Of a stretch of 64,000 nt of DNA, positions 47,166 through 58,400 are shown in pieces. Made by a program: the position numbers and the translations under genes. The stretch comes from a virus, in the IMG/VR virus record IMGVR_UViG_3300025785_001261, positions 1-64,000 of that record. One strand, written 5' to 3'. Within the stretch, counting starts at the first letter, position 1; every line of letters begins with the position of its first letter. The notes beneath the pieces were generated by a model. It worked only from the letters and a program-made list of their open reading frames with translations. It was not told the DNA's origin and ran no database searches.

Positions 47166-47497
47166 TGTAAACTCCATTTGATATGCGGTTCTGACTCGTT
47201 GACCATGACACAGATGTCTTGTGGGTGACAAGCTGTGCCTTTCCCATTGGGACGAAGTTTGTGTATTGTACTGGTTTTGATAAAGACCAATTTTCCTTCA
47301 ACCACGCGACAGTTGGTTGGACCAGCTCTAAATATTTCTGGATCAACGTCTATGTAATTACCGGGTAAATCTTCCATACTGTAAAATAACACATCGCCCA
47401 GTTCGTTGTAGTATAATCTATAGATAGGATCATGCACATCTGGCGGTACATATTGTGACAAGGCCAGCCAAAAATTATCATTGGTACTATTGCTCAT
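47162..47497 (-). CDS. hypothetical protein
   Basis: YRLYYNELG..LFYSME; coupled within the operon. Confidence 0.65.
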   Translation of the reverse strand: MSNSTNDNFWLALSQYVPPDVHDPIYRLYYNELGDVLFYSMEDLPGNYIDVDPEIFRAGPTNCRVVEGKLVFIKTSTIHKLRPNGKGTACHPQDICVMVNESEPHIKWSLQ

Positions 47498-48218
47498 TGT
47501 TCCAGTCCTTGACATGATAGTGCACCAGACCCCATTGGGCGATAGTGTTGATCCTGAAAGGATCGTTTTCCCAGACCAGTTCGTCAGTCCAATTTTCAGA
47601 GACAGTTCCTATCATATTTTTCTTCATGTGTACTATGGTTGGACCCAATCCTGGCGGCAAGGTCACTTGATCTTCGCCAATGATAACTGCAGCCATGGCA
47701 TAGACCACATCGGTGGTGGCTTCTAAATCTGGAAATTTCAACAACACACGGTACTGTTGCCAATTGGTAAAAATTGTACGCACCAGATCAAAAAAATCCT
47801 GTGCTGTTTTACTACGGCGCCAATAGGTAATGGCATTGTAAACGTCTGGCAAACTGTTATGATCAAATATCTTGCGATATAAACGAGACTGGCCTGGCGT
47901 GTCATGATAAGTCCGGCAACCGGTACTGATCACTAGATCTCTGCGTTCAAACAAGGTCCACCAATGATCAATTGGGCTGGCGCAGAGCATGTCCGCTTCT
48001 AACTTGATAGTCTGTCTGTAGGGACTAATCTCAAACATTTGCCAATCGTTAGCGAATCCGCCCAGATCTCCATGTGGTAATTGATCAACAGTCACTATGG
48101 ATATGTCAGCCAGCGGATGATGCTGTAGTATCGAGTCAGCCAGGCGCCTGGCGCAGGTCACATATTGATCGCCAATGGCCGGTATCAAGTATCCACGTTC
48201 AGCTAGCAAGGTCAACAA
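47487..48218 (-). CDS. GT-A (GT8-like) glycosyltransferase-like protein
   Basis: SPY.QTIKLEADM, TDVVYAMA, VHMK, HYHVK. Confidence 0.6.
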   Translation of the reverse strand: MLTLLAERGYLIPAIGDQYVTCARRLADSILQHHPLADISIVTVDQLPHGDLGGFANDWQMFEISPYRQTIKLEADMLCASPIDHWWTLFERRDLVISTGCRTYHDTPGQSRLYRKIFDHNSLPDVYNAITYWRRSKTAQDFFDLVRTIFTNWQQYRVLLKFPDLEATTDVVYAMAAVIIGEDQVTLPPGLGPTIVHMKKNMIGTVSENWTDELVWENDPFRINTIAQWGLVHYHVKDWNNEQ

Positions 48219-48963
48219 TGGCTCCTAAGTGTCCTTTGCCCATGGCATGAAAATCATGTGTCAGTTTCATCCAGCGTGGACGAGATTCTTGATCAGTCCA
48301 GTCCACACGATATTCATCTGGACCTGTCTTGGTCAGTTTGTGTTCGTGTGTGACTGTGGCCAATTTCCAAGGAATATCAGCATGATTCAACACATGCCCG
48401 TTGACCATGCCTAGTGCTATACTCAGGGCAAAGTCGTTACGATACGTGGTACGAGATATGCCGTACAAGCTACGATAATGATCCCAGTGTTGGCGTACCA
48501 TCTGCATGCTTTCAAATATCAATTGGGCCTGTTCACTGCGGCGGAACATCATGACTGTGGCCCACCACATGGGCATGCGATGATCACCAAAAGTATCCAA
48601 GTCTTTAAAAGTTTCTTTGGCTGTGACATCATAAGCGGTACGATGGGCAATAAAATCTATATCTGCTTCTAGCAAGGCCTGTAGCTGGTTGCTGGCCACC
48701 ACATAGTCGGCATCCAGCACCAAGGTACAATCCCATGGTGACAGATTATAGGCATCTACACGATTGACATTGTACCAGGTGACCTGAGACGGTAGGTCCT
48801 GGAAGGTTCTAGTTGATCCAGCAATCGGTTCTACATCCTGATTGGTTATGATTCTGGTAGGTATGCCAAGATGCCGTTCAATGTTGCTGGCTGACCAGCG
48901 AGCCATGGCTTCGTAGTCAACATGTTCGTTATTAAAAGCAAAGATTAACGCACCTGTGGTCAT
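48199..48963 (-). CDS. GT-A (GT8-like) glycosyltransferase-like protein
   Basis: LSPWD.TLVLDADY, WATVMMF, RNDFALSIA, H.MGK. Confidence 0.65.
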   Translation of the reverse strand: MTTGALIFAFNNEHVDYEAMARWSASNIERHLGIPTRIITNQDVEPIAGSTRTFQDLPSQVTWYNVNRVDAYNLSPWDCTLVLDADYVVASNQLQALLEADIDFIAHRTAYDVTAKETFKDLDTFGDHRMPMWWATVMMFRRSEQAQLIFESMQMVRQHWDHYRSLYGISRTTYRNDFALSIALGMVNGHVLNHADIPWKLATVTHEHKLTKTGPDEYRVDWTDQESRPRWMKLTHDFHAMGKGHLGAIVDLAS

Positions 48964-49262
48964 CGGTTACTGTTCAAAGTTTCATATTCAACCAACCAGG
49001 CATTGAGTTGTTCTTGCCAACGTTCAAGTACCTGCTCGTAAAATTCTTCAGCATTGACTCTTACCGGTGTTTCATACAGATCTAGGATCACAACATCACC
49101 ACTACAGCATTTTAATAGAGTCAACAGCTCTGGTCCGGCCTGCCACATGCCTCCGGCATGAGCAAATACAGATTTGCCTTGGTATTTTTCTTTGAGCATG
49201 CGACGAGAAGCAGCATGCTCAAAACGGGCACGGGCGTGTGCTACAAGTTTTTCAGTATCCAT
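48960..49262 (-). CDS. hypothetical phage protein
   Basis: 100 aa, first gene of the minus-strand tailoring operon. Confidence 0.7.
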   Translation of the reverse strand: MDTEKLVAHARARFEHAASRRMLKEKYQGKSVFAHAGGMWQAGPELLTLLKCCSGDVVILDLYETPVRVNAEEFYEQVLERWQEQLNAWLVEYETLNSNR

Positions 49263-49268
49263 AGGTTT

Positions 49269-49297
49269 ATTATACTACAAAAACTACATAAGGTAAA
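49269..49297 (-). promoter_or_regulatory. sigma70-type promoter for the GT/radical SAM operon
   Basis: TTTACC-17 nt-TATAAT on the minus strand, ATG 6 nt downstream. Confidence 0.6.
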
Positions 49298-49315
49298 GCC
49301 CCTTTCGGGGCTTTT
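49295..49315. terminator. intrinsic terminator hairpin after the structural operon (possibly bidirectional)
   Basis: AAAGCCCC-TTTC-GGGGCTTTT. Confidence 0.75.
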
Positions 49316-49340
49316 GGTGATATATCGTCGAGTATTACGG

Positions 49341-50369
49341 TCATACGAATGATGACGAAATGGTTGGGCTTCCCCATGTATTGGCAATATAGAGTTGCTC
49401 TGGAGGTGTAAGAGTAACCAATACTGTGGGAGCTGAACCAAAGCTAAGAGTACCTGTAGTTGCCGCTGTTCCGCCTGAAATTGCTGTGTTGGAACCTGCG
49501 TTGCCATCACCTGCGTCGTACCAGGTGGTATACAGAGTCAAGGTGGTTGGCGCTGTGGTGCTGTTGACCAAGGCATTGATACGCACATAGTTGCTGGTAT
49601 AAGCAGTACCCGTATCATTCTGTTGGAAAACAGTTGTGTTGGCTGTACCCAGGTTGAATACACCTGTGGCTGAAGCCAAGGTGCCCGGAGTTAATGTTCC
49701 ACCGTACTTGTTGGTTCCTACATAGGTAGTACCATTGATAGTTTTGCTAGTGCCACTGCCGGTCAGTACCACGTTGCCTGCGCACTTGCCGCCGGCCCCG
49801 CCAAATCCAATAAAAGCATTCCATTCAGCATCGCCCTGGGTAGATCCACCTGCACCGGTACTGTTTTTGCTGTTGTACCATTTGATTGTTCCACCTGCAT
49901 TAAAGAAAGAATAATAAGCAGCTGTGTTGGCAAACGTGATGGTGTGCGTCCAGTTGATACTCCAGGCGGCAGTACCACCACCTGTGGCAGTGGTCTTGCT
50001 GGGTGAGCCGGTCCAGCCGGTAAACAGGGTGCCAACTGAAGCCGCATTGGCACGATTGGCATAACAAGTGGCAATGTCGGTGGCCACGTTGGCATTGGCA
50101 TAGATTATGTTGCCAGTGACCGGATATGGTGTACGGCTGGTAATTGATGAGCCCTGATGTGAAGCCATGTTGGCTATAATACTGAACAAACTTGACCACT
50201 GAGTAGCCTGTACTGTACCACCGGTCGCAACTGTGGAAATATTTCCTTGACCGTAACCTGCACCGTTGCCAGCTGTACCCCAAGTGGCATTAACGTTGCC
50301 ACCAGATGTTGTACTTACGAAACCGTTGTAATCGGTGGCCTGTATGTTTCCAGTTGAGATGTATGTCAT
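49341..50369 (-). CDS. virion structural (tail/baseplate-associated) protein
   Basis: G/T/A/S/N-rich; MTY..G.I.ATDYN, GYGQ, FFNAGG; lies in the structural operon. Confidence 0.65.
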   Translation of the reverse strand: MTYISTGNIQATDYNGFVSTTSGGNVNATWGTAGNGAGYGQGNISTVATGGTVQATQWSSLFSIIANMASHQGSSITSRTPYPVTGNIIYANANVATDIATCYANRANAASVGTLFTGWTGSPSKTTATGGGTAAWSINWTHTITFANTAAYYSFFNAGGTIKWYNSKNSTGAGGSTQGDAEWNAFIGFGGAGGKCAGNVVLTGSGTSKTINGTTYVGTNKYGGTLTPGTLASATGVFNLGTANTTVFQQNDTGTAYTSNYVRINALVNSTTAPTTLTLYTTWYDAGDGNAGSNTAISGGTAATTGTLSFGSAPTVLVTLTPPEQLYIANTWGSPTISSSFV

Positions 50370-50381
50370 TTTTTGTTCCGG

Positions 50382-51662
50382 TTATTTGATTGTGACAATG
50401 GCTTCTACGGTGCCCTCGTCTGCTGTTAATTTATCTTTCAACGCACGACCAATCACATTAAATGCTGTGGCTTCTCCGGCCTGTGCTGCACGGGCTAGGC
50501 CCTTGCCAGCAGATACCAAGCGATCTCCTTTGCGCACGATACCAATGCTTCGCACCGGAACTCGTCCTGTCATGGCCACTGCTGGGTGAGTCAAATCTGA
50601 TCCAGCTGAGCTGTTCATTAGGTAGGCTGCTTGGGTACTTATAACACCAAACACATTGTCGCTTAATTCTGTAGCACTTTGAGTGATTTCGGCAGAACCG
50701 CCCAACTCAACTACTGTACCTGGAGCCAAGTCGGCGTCGGCTTCAAAACGTTCAGCCACGTCAGCATACTGTGCCGTGATCTGTGTGCCTTGGATAGTGC
50801 CATTGGCACCAAAAATGGTCATGGCCGTGGTTGGAACTCCAGCCACGTTGACCACAAATGCTATGTTGCCACCGTTGTCTTGATTGGCCACGGTCACATT
50901 GGTATTGGCCACAGATACTCTGAAATCTTGGCTGGCGCCCACTGATAGGCCTGCATTGTTGTTGATAGCAATGGTACCAGTGGTTGTGGTATTGGAATCG
51001 GTACGCATGAAACTGTCGCTGGTAAATCCGTTCAGGTATGATGCGTTGTTGACTGTGCCCCAGAACTGTGGTGCCTGTCCATTGACTGTGGTGGCCAACT
51101 GTATGCCAGGATTCACATTGGCAAATCCAGGAATGGCCGACTGCGGAACGAATGTAGCGTCTTGACTCACAATGCCAACTATGTCGCTGTTGACTACCAG
51201 CTCAATCACAGGATGCACAGTTGAGTTGTTGTCGGTAATCACATTGGCAAATGCACCAGTGACACCTGTGGCTGAACTATAGTTTGGTCCAATCAATAGG
51301 AAGGCAGTGCCAGTCCAGACAAACAACTGTGCATTGGTAGTGTTGTACCAGAGGTCGCCAGTCACGTTACTGGTAGGTGCTGTTCCTTGCGCTGTGGCGC
51401 TGCTGATGGTTTTCCATGAAGAGCCGTTATAAACCTGTAGCAAGTTGCTACCAGAATTCCACCACAGTTGACCTGTTAGCGGAGCACCAGGAGGAGTAGT
51501 GTTGGATGAATTTTCTAGAAGGTGTATAAAGTTGGTGTCTAAGAATTGACCGTAACCGGCATAGTTTTTGCCCACCAGTGTCATGCTACTGCTGGTGTTT
51601 ATTGTACCGTCAGGAATGACAGCAAATATAGCGCCATCAGTTAGGTTAATTGTGTATGACAT
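50382..51662 (-). CDS. tail fibre/baseplate protein with C-terminal intramolecular-chaperone-like domain
   Basis: GKNYAGYG..NFIHLLEN..P.P..GQLWW; C-terminal YADVAERFEAD..PGTVV..GG..GVIST..AYLMN..GRVPV..KGDRLV. Confidence 0.7.
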   Translation of the reverse strand: MSYTINLTDGAIFAVIPDGTINTSSSMTLVGKNYAGYGQFLDTNFIHLLENSSNTTPPGAPLTGQLWWNSGSNLLQVYNGSSWKTISSATAQGTAPTSNVTGDLWYNTTNAQLFVWTGTAFLLIGPNYSSATGVTGAFANVITDNNSTVHPVIELVVNSDIVGIVSQDATFVPQSAIPGFANVNPGIQLATTVNGQAPQFWGTVNNASYLNGFTSDSFMRTDSNTTTTGTIAINNNAGLSVGASQDFRVSVANTNVTVANQDNGGNIAFVVNVAGVPTTAMTIFGANGTIQGTQITAQYADVAERFEADADLAPGTVVELGGSAEITQSATELSDNVFGVISTQAAYLMNSSAGSDLTHPAVAMTGRVPVRSIGIVRKGDRLVSAGKGLARAAQAGEATAFNVIGRALKDKLTADEGTVEAIVTIK

Positions 51663-51712
51663 GTTTTATTACTCCGTCTTGTTGTATTTACCGCACATTA
51701 ATATACTCATAT

Positions 51713-52333
51713 TTATGCGGCACTTAAATTTGTCAAAGTCTGGATACGCAGGGTATAATCAATCTGGATCTGGCGGTTCAGACTCTTTTGTACAGGGTGA
51801 AAAATAACATGGGTGATCAGCAACAGATCTGTGGCGCTGGTACCGTAGCACTGTAGCCCTAGCTCATCAAACACATATTCACCGTTAAAATTGGTACTGT
51901 TATCGTAGGCCTGTTGTCCAGCAGGTTCGCCGTAGTCCAAGGTACAGGTTACCACGATGTCTGTATAAGGTTGACCTGATGTATGCAGGACTGTCATGTA
52001 GTTGTTGGCTGGATCTAAATCGGCTACCGAATTATCATCTACCACCTTGACATAAGTTTCGTTGTACAAGGTAGCATTTGTGCCGGTAGTATTAGGTGGC
52101 AAATAAGTGATGACACCGGTTGGATCCACTGCACTACCGCCATTGCCAAAGGCCATGGCATAGATCCAGCCGCCGCCCTGAGCACTGGTTCTATTGCTCA
52201 GAGTGCGTGCCATAGCAATACTGATATTTTCATAGTGTATGGCATTTTTTTTATCAACTAACACTTCGCCGGTGTTAGGATCGGTAATTTTTACAAAGCC
52301 TTCAATTCTGGCCAGTCCGGGTTGGATCATCAT
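51713..52333 (-). CDS. virion structural protein (baseplate-like)
   Basis: MAFGNGG, LDYGEP, FDELGL, HVIFHPVQKSLNR.IQI.YT.RI. Confidence 0.65.
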   Translation of the reverse strand: MMIQPGLARIEGFVKITDPNTGEVLVDKKNAIHYENISIAMARTLSNRTSAQGGGWIYAMAFGNGGSAVDPTGVITYLPPNTTGTNATLYNETYVKVVDDNSVADLDPANNYMTVLHTSGQPYTDIVVTCTLDYGEPAGQQAYDNSTNFNGEYVFDELGLQCYGTSATDLLLITHVIFHPVQKSLNRQIQIDYTLRIQTLTNLSAA

Positions 52334-52479
52334 GCTGGTTTCTCCACAAATTTTTCTTGTGTGTTTGGATCAAATATTTTTACAAATCCCCGTACTACCA
52401 CAGTCCCGGTTTCATTGGGACGTGCCTGAGGAGCTTTTGCTGATTTTGGCGCAGTTTCTTGCTGGTTATTCTGGGTCAT
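52330..52479 (-). CDS. 49-aa protein resembling the N-terminus of the downstream gene product
   Basis: MTQNNQQETAPKSAKAPQARPNETGTVVVRGFVKIFDPNTQEKFVEKPA*; TAAATA 4 nt upstream; ATGA overlap. Confidence 0.7.
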   Translation of the reverse strand: MTQNNQQETAPKSAKAPQARPNETGTVVVRGFVKIFDPNTQEKFVEKPA

Positions 52480-52495
52480 GAGTTATTTAGCTGGA

Positions 52496-55400
52496 TTATA
52501 AGCCCCGTAAAAACCTTGCAGGTGCTGTTTCGGTATCCTGTAAAGGTTGTCCGTTGCTGGCGGTGCCATCGCCGGGTGCATACCAGGTTGATCCGCGCTG
52601 TACCAAGATAGTAACATCAACCCCTGCTGGAGGAGCTGTATCAAATGTCACAGTGGCCGGGTCAGCGCTGGTCAAGGTATATCCAGTCTGGACATATAAT
52701 CCTCCTACATAGACCTGCACCGCTTCTGGTTGTTGTGTGGTTGTTAGGTCACTTACGTTGATATTTTCAGCTACAAATACAGTTTGAGTTCCATTGGACA
52801 GTATGGTGTTGCTGACCACGTGGTTCTGGTACTGTGCATACAGCAACTGACTTGGGCCCATGCTGTAAACTATGGCTCCAGCAACATGTGGAGCATTGGC
52901 TGTACCAGCTGTGCCACGTAAAAGACCACTGATGGTGTTGGCCGTAGTATCTCTGTAGCGATACATGATGCGTTCGGCATCTATGGTAACGACTCCCCAT
53001 ATGTCAGCCGCCAAATCTGGAGCCGACAAGGCCGCGGCATTGGCCACATGAATCACATCATCAGTTTTAGTCACAGCCTGAGTTGTTGTGCTGGTGGTAT
53101 CTGGTGTCATTCTGTAGGTTGCCTGCACTCCGCGCATGTCTTGGAATATACGGAACTCCATGGCTTCGGGCACAACAAAGTTTGTAAACTGTGTGACTAT
53201 CACTTGATCAGTTGGTCCCATGACTCCGGTGTTGAGATTCAGTTTGGTTCCGTCAAGAGTAAATCCGCTACCATTGAATAGGCGGCGACCATTGAAGTAG
53301 ACCCACAACCGGTCTGGGTCAGTGATTATGGTACCCAGATCTATGTCATTGACTTGCACTGTTTCGCCTGTGGTGAAGTCGTATGATCCAGAACTGTTGT
53401 TGTAGGCATCGGTATCATTGCTACGCACTAGATCAACTGCATAGGCCAGTCCAGTGCCAGATCCTGGACCAAGAGCTTGGAATATAGTTCCAGGATTGTT
53501 ATTGGCGGCGCCACACAAGGTCCAGTCAGTGTTGCCGGTGATGTAGATCTGATAGAGATAGTTGGCCTTCAGGGATCCTGCTTCAAACGGACCAGGGTCA
53601 GAAGAATACTGTACGGACTGTATGTAATTAGGATCAAATGGAGTTTCATCAAGGCCTTCTGATACAGTGATACCAGCTACCACTGGACCTGAAAACAACT
53701 GAGTAAGAAGTCCTTGTTGCCGTGTGTCATTCCAGGATGTCACAGCAATAGTAGATCCAGCAGGTGGAACTAGTCCAGCTCCGGCCACAAAGGTCAGGAC
53801 ACCATCGCTCACTATGGCCTGTGGATTGGCTGATGCGTAGATCTGTATGGCAGTGCCGGCGGCAGGAACAGTGTTAAAGGTTACGTATTTTGTGGCACCC
53901 ACAATGGATCCACCTGACACATAGGCCCCGGTACTGGTGTTGCCAAAAAACACACTGGTTACAGTACAAGATATAACTGTAAAGGTACCATTATAGCCAC
54001 TGCCAGTTCCGGTCAAGCCAGTAACAGTAATTTGTTCACCGGGTAGATAGGGAGGAACTGCCTGGGCCGCAAATGTCAATCTGGCTACACTACCATTTCC
54101 ATTGGCTCCGTTGACCGCTATAGGACCCAGTGGTGACAGGGACCATTGTGTGGTTGCTACAGGTAAATTGTTTACATAAACCGACACAGCAGAACTTGAA
54201 ATTGTACTAGGATCCACGCCCGAGCGTGTAGGCAACAGGAACGATGAAATGGCACCATCGCCCACATAATTGACACCACTGGCCATGCGAGCTCTAGCCC
54301 CGTTTACGGATACAATCAAATTACTGGGATTACTGTAGTCCAAATTGTTATCTAGCACATATGATGTAGCACCTGTGGCTGTGATAATTTGAGTCTGTGG
54401 AGTACTCCAGCTGTAGTTGGTTGTTACTCCGTTGATAGTGGTAGGTGCCAAAACATATAGGCAGACAAAATCAGCCGCTGTCAACTGTTCAAGGAACACC
54501 ACTTCGGTTTCATTGACTCCATAGGCTGAGTAGACATAATTGGTAGATAACACACCATTAATAAACACCACCAGTTCCTGTATGTTGGGATTCGTACTGC
54601 CCTGTTGGTAATATTCTACCGGTAATATGGCATAACTGTAAACAGTAGTGTCAACTGTGTGGGTGGGCAAATTGGCACCGTTGTAGTTGTTTCTGTAAAG
54701 CTGATTGCCTCCACCGACTTCAAACACAGAAATCACAATGGTATCACCAGCAGTGGCATTGCCTGTAATGGTTATCTGTTGATTGGGCCAGTCTACAGTA
54801 TATCCTGTGCCTAACACCAGATCAGTTTCCTGCGTTTGATTGGACACACGTACCTGTGCTGGGTAAGGTGCCATACCGGCAAAGCTCACAGTTGGAGTCA
54901 AGGGATCGTATACAAATTTTTCAAGAACTTCAAGGAACCCGTGTCCTCGTTGTTGCCAGTCAGCGCCAGGTGTGGTATATACCCGCATGTCCAAGGTATC
55001 AAATTCGCTGCCAGGTACCAGTTCTTCTGGAGCATAGCTGCTGAAGGTATCAATGTATCCACCGCCGTCCACATTGATATCAGTGGGTCTTGTTCCTAGA
55101 TATAGATCCAGATACGAACTAGAATATCTAGCATCTAGAATACTAGGATCATATGTGGGTTGTCCACTGGCATCGTAGCTGATGTTATCAAATGGATTGA
55201 TGTTGTAATTGCCCACATCAAAACCTGTGTTCTGGTTGTAAGTGGGTCCAGTGACCTGGACTCCAGGATAGCTGACTCCGTTGATCAACAAGGGCAGACT
55301 GAGTCCGGGCATGTTGACACCGGGTACATAGAAACCCATGGTGCGATCTACACCACTGAGCTGACTAGCTGGTACCAAAGACCAAAATGCCGGATCAAAA

Positions 55401-58400
55401 TAGCTTTCATTCAAGGTAGTGTTGGCTGACCAAACCGCATCAAGATAACGAACTCGATCCCCTGCGTTGTAGGTCACGCCTGCTTGCCATTCGTGTATGG
55501 TAGACGCATACTGGTAACGATCATACTTGATAGTAGTTTTGAAACTGCGTACTAGACTGTTGCTCATGACAGCAACCGCTTGCGCACCCGACCCGTTGCC
55601 ACCGGTGAGAGAAATAGTAGCTGTGGTAACGTAACCGGATCCGGGTGTGAGCACATTTATGGCCACAACCTGGCCAGCACTGTTGATCACAGCAGCCATG
55701 GTGGCCTGCTGGGTGCAGTTGCCTGTGACCACTACCACTGGTGGTACGGTATAGCCCGATCCGCCGTTGACTATTTCTACCGAATCAATATTGAGAGTAT
55801 AGTTGTTGAACCAGTCGGACCAGGGCCATTGGCTCCATACAGCGGCATTTGATGCTTCGTCGCTGATGGTTGATTCAACTAGGCTGCCGGATAGCGTGTA
55901 TGGAGTCAGCACAGGGCTAGTAAACTGCGGTATTACCAGATCTGTATTCCAGTAAGCCGGCAGATCAAAGTCACTTAGTTCTCCACCATAGGTATCAAGA
56001 CCGTCATATATCAAATTAAAGGCAGAAGTCTGCACATGATAAGGTTTGACTTCATTCAAATAATCTTGAACAAAAATCTGATTGTCCTTTTGATACAGCT
56101 GATAAGGTAACAAAGCACGCAAATTATGATCTACTTCGATGAAACTGCTCTTGACCAACCAGTCAGGAGCAGTAAATTCACTGTAGACAAAGTTGAACAA
56201 CAAGATCAAGCACTGATTACGGAATATCAATAGATCATCAATGAATAATTCTTGATTGATGGCCTGGATGATTTTTCTAGTCTCAATCACTGGTTCTTGA
56301 TCAAAGTACTGAGCATCAAATACCTGGGCGTCATATCCGTATTTTCCAAGCTGATAGTTCCACAAGGTCTCACTGAATGCAATGGTACCTTGTTGTAATC
56401 CTACTCGTGTCCAGTCTGATATGGCTCCGACAGCAGTGGTACGTAGATAAATTTCCCACATGCCACCATTGTAATTGGTGACTTGCACACTGCTGCCAAC
56501 AGGAGCCTGTGATAGGCTTAGGCTCAGCAGATCACCGGTATTTTGTACCTGTGCCACTGGTTGTGTGGCCTTGTTGTATCCGGGCAGATACCAGTCAATG
56601 TAGTTCCAATAAAGTGGAGTATCGTAATTTTGGATACGTATCAGATTTGTTTCACGCTTGAGCCCTGTAGCATCTAGTGCCACTTCATACACAGTCCAAC
56701 GACCATTTTGTGTTGAATCCGATGTAACTAAAAATAGATAGCCTAACGGAACAATATAAAGATTTTGATAAGTCAGTACTTCGTAGCTGTCTACCTGTTG
56801 GTTGTAACCATTGGTGCCTGTCACTGCCACATTGGTCAAATACAAACTGTCATTGAGAATATAAGTTCCAGAGTCACCATAGCCATTGATGGTGACAAAA
56901 GGTGGTATTCCGTCTCCGGTCAGGGTCATTCCCACCACGAACTCACCTGTCAAGTCACCACCCACAGTGAGAATATTGCCCGAGATTGAACAAACTGTAG
57001 CTGTGGCTGTGACCGATGATGGCAAGGCTTCAGAACTGTTGAGTAAATTGAAACTCCTAATTTCACTGATAGGGTACTGCGCCAGTATAGAGTTGGCTCT
57101 GGTAAGATAATTTTCCAGTGCTGCAAATCGATCACTGAACATGCTTTGTCTTGGCCGGAACTTTACTCCGTAACGCTGACCAGGACTTAGGAATGGATCA
57201 GGTACTGGATTTCCTACAGTATCCTCACCGCAGAGACTGTCTTGTAATTTTCTATACAGGGTGTCGTCCAAGAAACTGTGCGGACGTCCGTCGGCTACAA
57301 GTGCATACTCTTGATGAATATTATTTTGTGAGCCAGCGGCCTGTTGATCATATTCAACATGTAACACTGTGTTGTTGGCACTGACCAGATTTGGAACTGC
57401 ATTGTACAGTGCAATGGCACTGGAATTCAAAGCACCTATATAGGCAATTCCACTGTTGATAGGATATTGAATATAACTGGCAATGGCTGTTGTGCTCAGA
57501 GTCTTACCTGTGTATACAGTAGGTATATTCCTAACCCAATAGTAATAAGTGGTAGAGAACAGCCCATTGAGTCCCAGGGCAGATCCTACACTGTAACTAG
57601 TGGTGCTGAGCGGTGTTCCAGGTCCACTATAGTTGGCTGGTGGTACAGAGCTTTCTATCCACTGATAGATGTCTACTCTACTGCCCGGAAATGTTTGTCC
57701 CCATTGGCGACTAGCATAGGTTATATCATTCTGATTGGGATTGATAAATCTTACCAGGTTGGTGTCCCACCAGATTTGACCTACATGGCTGGCAGCCCAG
57801 GTAGTTCCATTGTTGTGTACAGTTCCGTGATTGTAACTGGCTGGGTCTACAGCTCCAATATAGTCAATATTTTGCTGGGCCACTCCAAGTATCTTGCCCT
57901 GCAATGGATCAATAAAATCGTAATAGGTCTGCGTGCTGCTCAACAGCTTGTCAAAAGAATAAACAGAATTAATCAATTCTACATTGACCACTGGTTCTTG
58001 TTGATGTATCACTTGCCAGGCTGGCAAGCCCAACAGATTGTCAAGCACAGTGGCAGTTCCATAGTTGGTTTGATTGGCTGATCCAAGATCGGCACCTGGA
58101 GCACCGGCTATCAGTTGTCCTTCAGTGAAAGATACCGAAGTTCCAAAGCCATCGCCCTGGGCCAAAGTGGTGTTATAAACCTGTTGACCAAATACCAGTT
58201 GTCCTGGGTTGGTAGCCGAAGGATTGGCACTTTCTAAAAGATCAAATGTGTAGACCACGCCAGAGTTGGTCACTAGATTGCTAAAGCTGGTGCTATTTTT
58301 GTCAAATATGGTCTTACCGCCGTCGAACGGCATGATTTCGTACACGTTGCCGTTGGGCGATCCTACCACTAGATTTGATGCCGGGGCATTGACACCCAGG

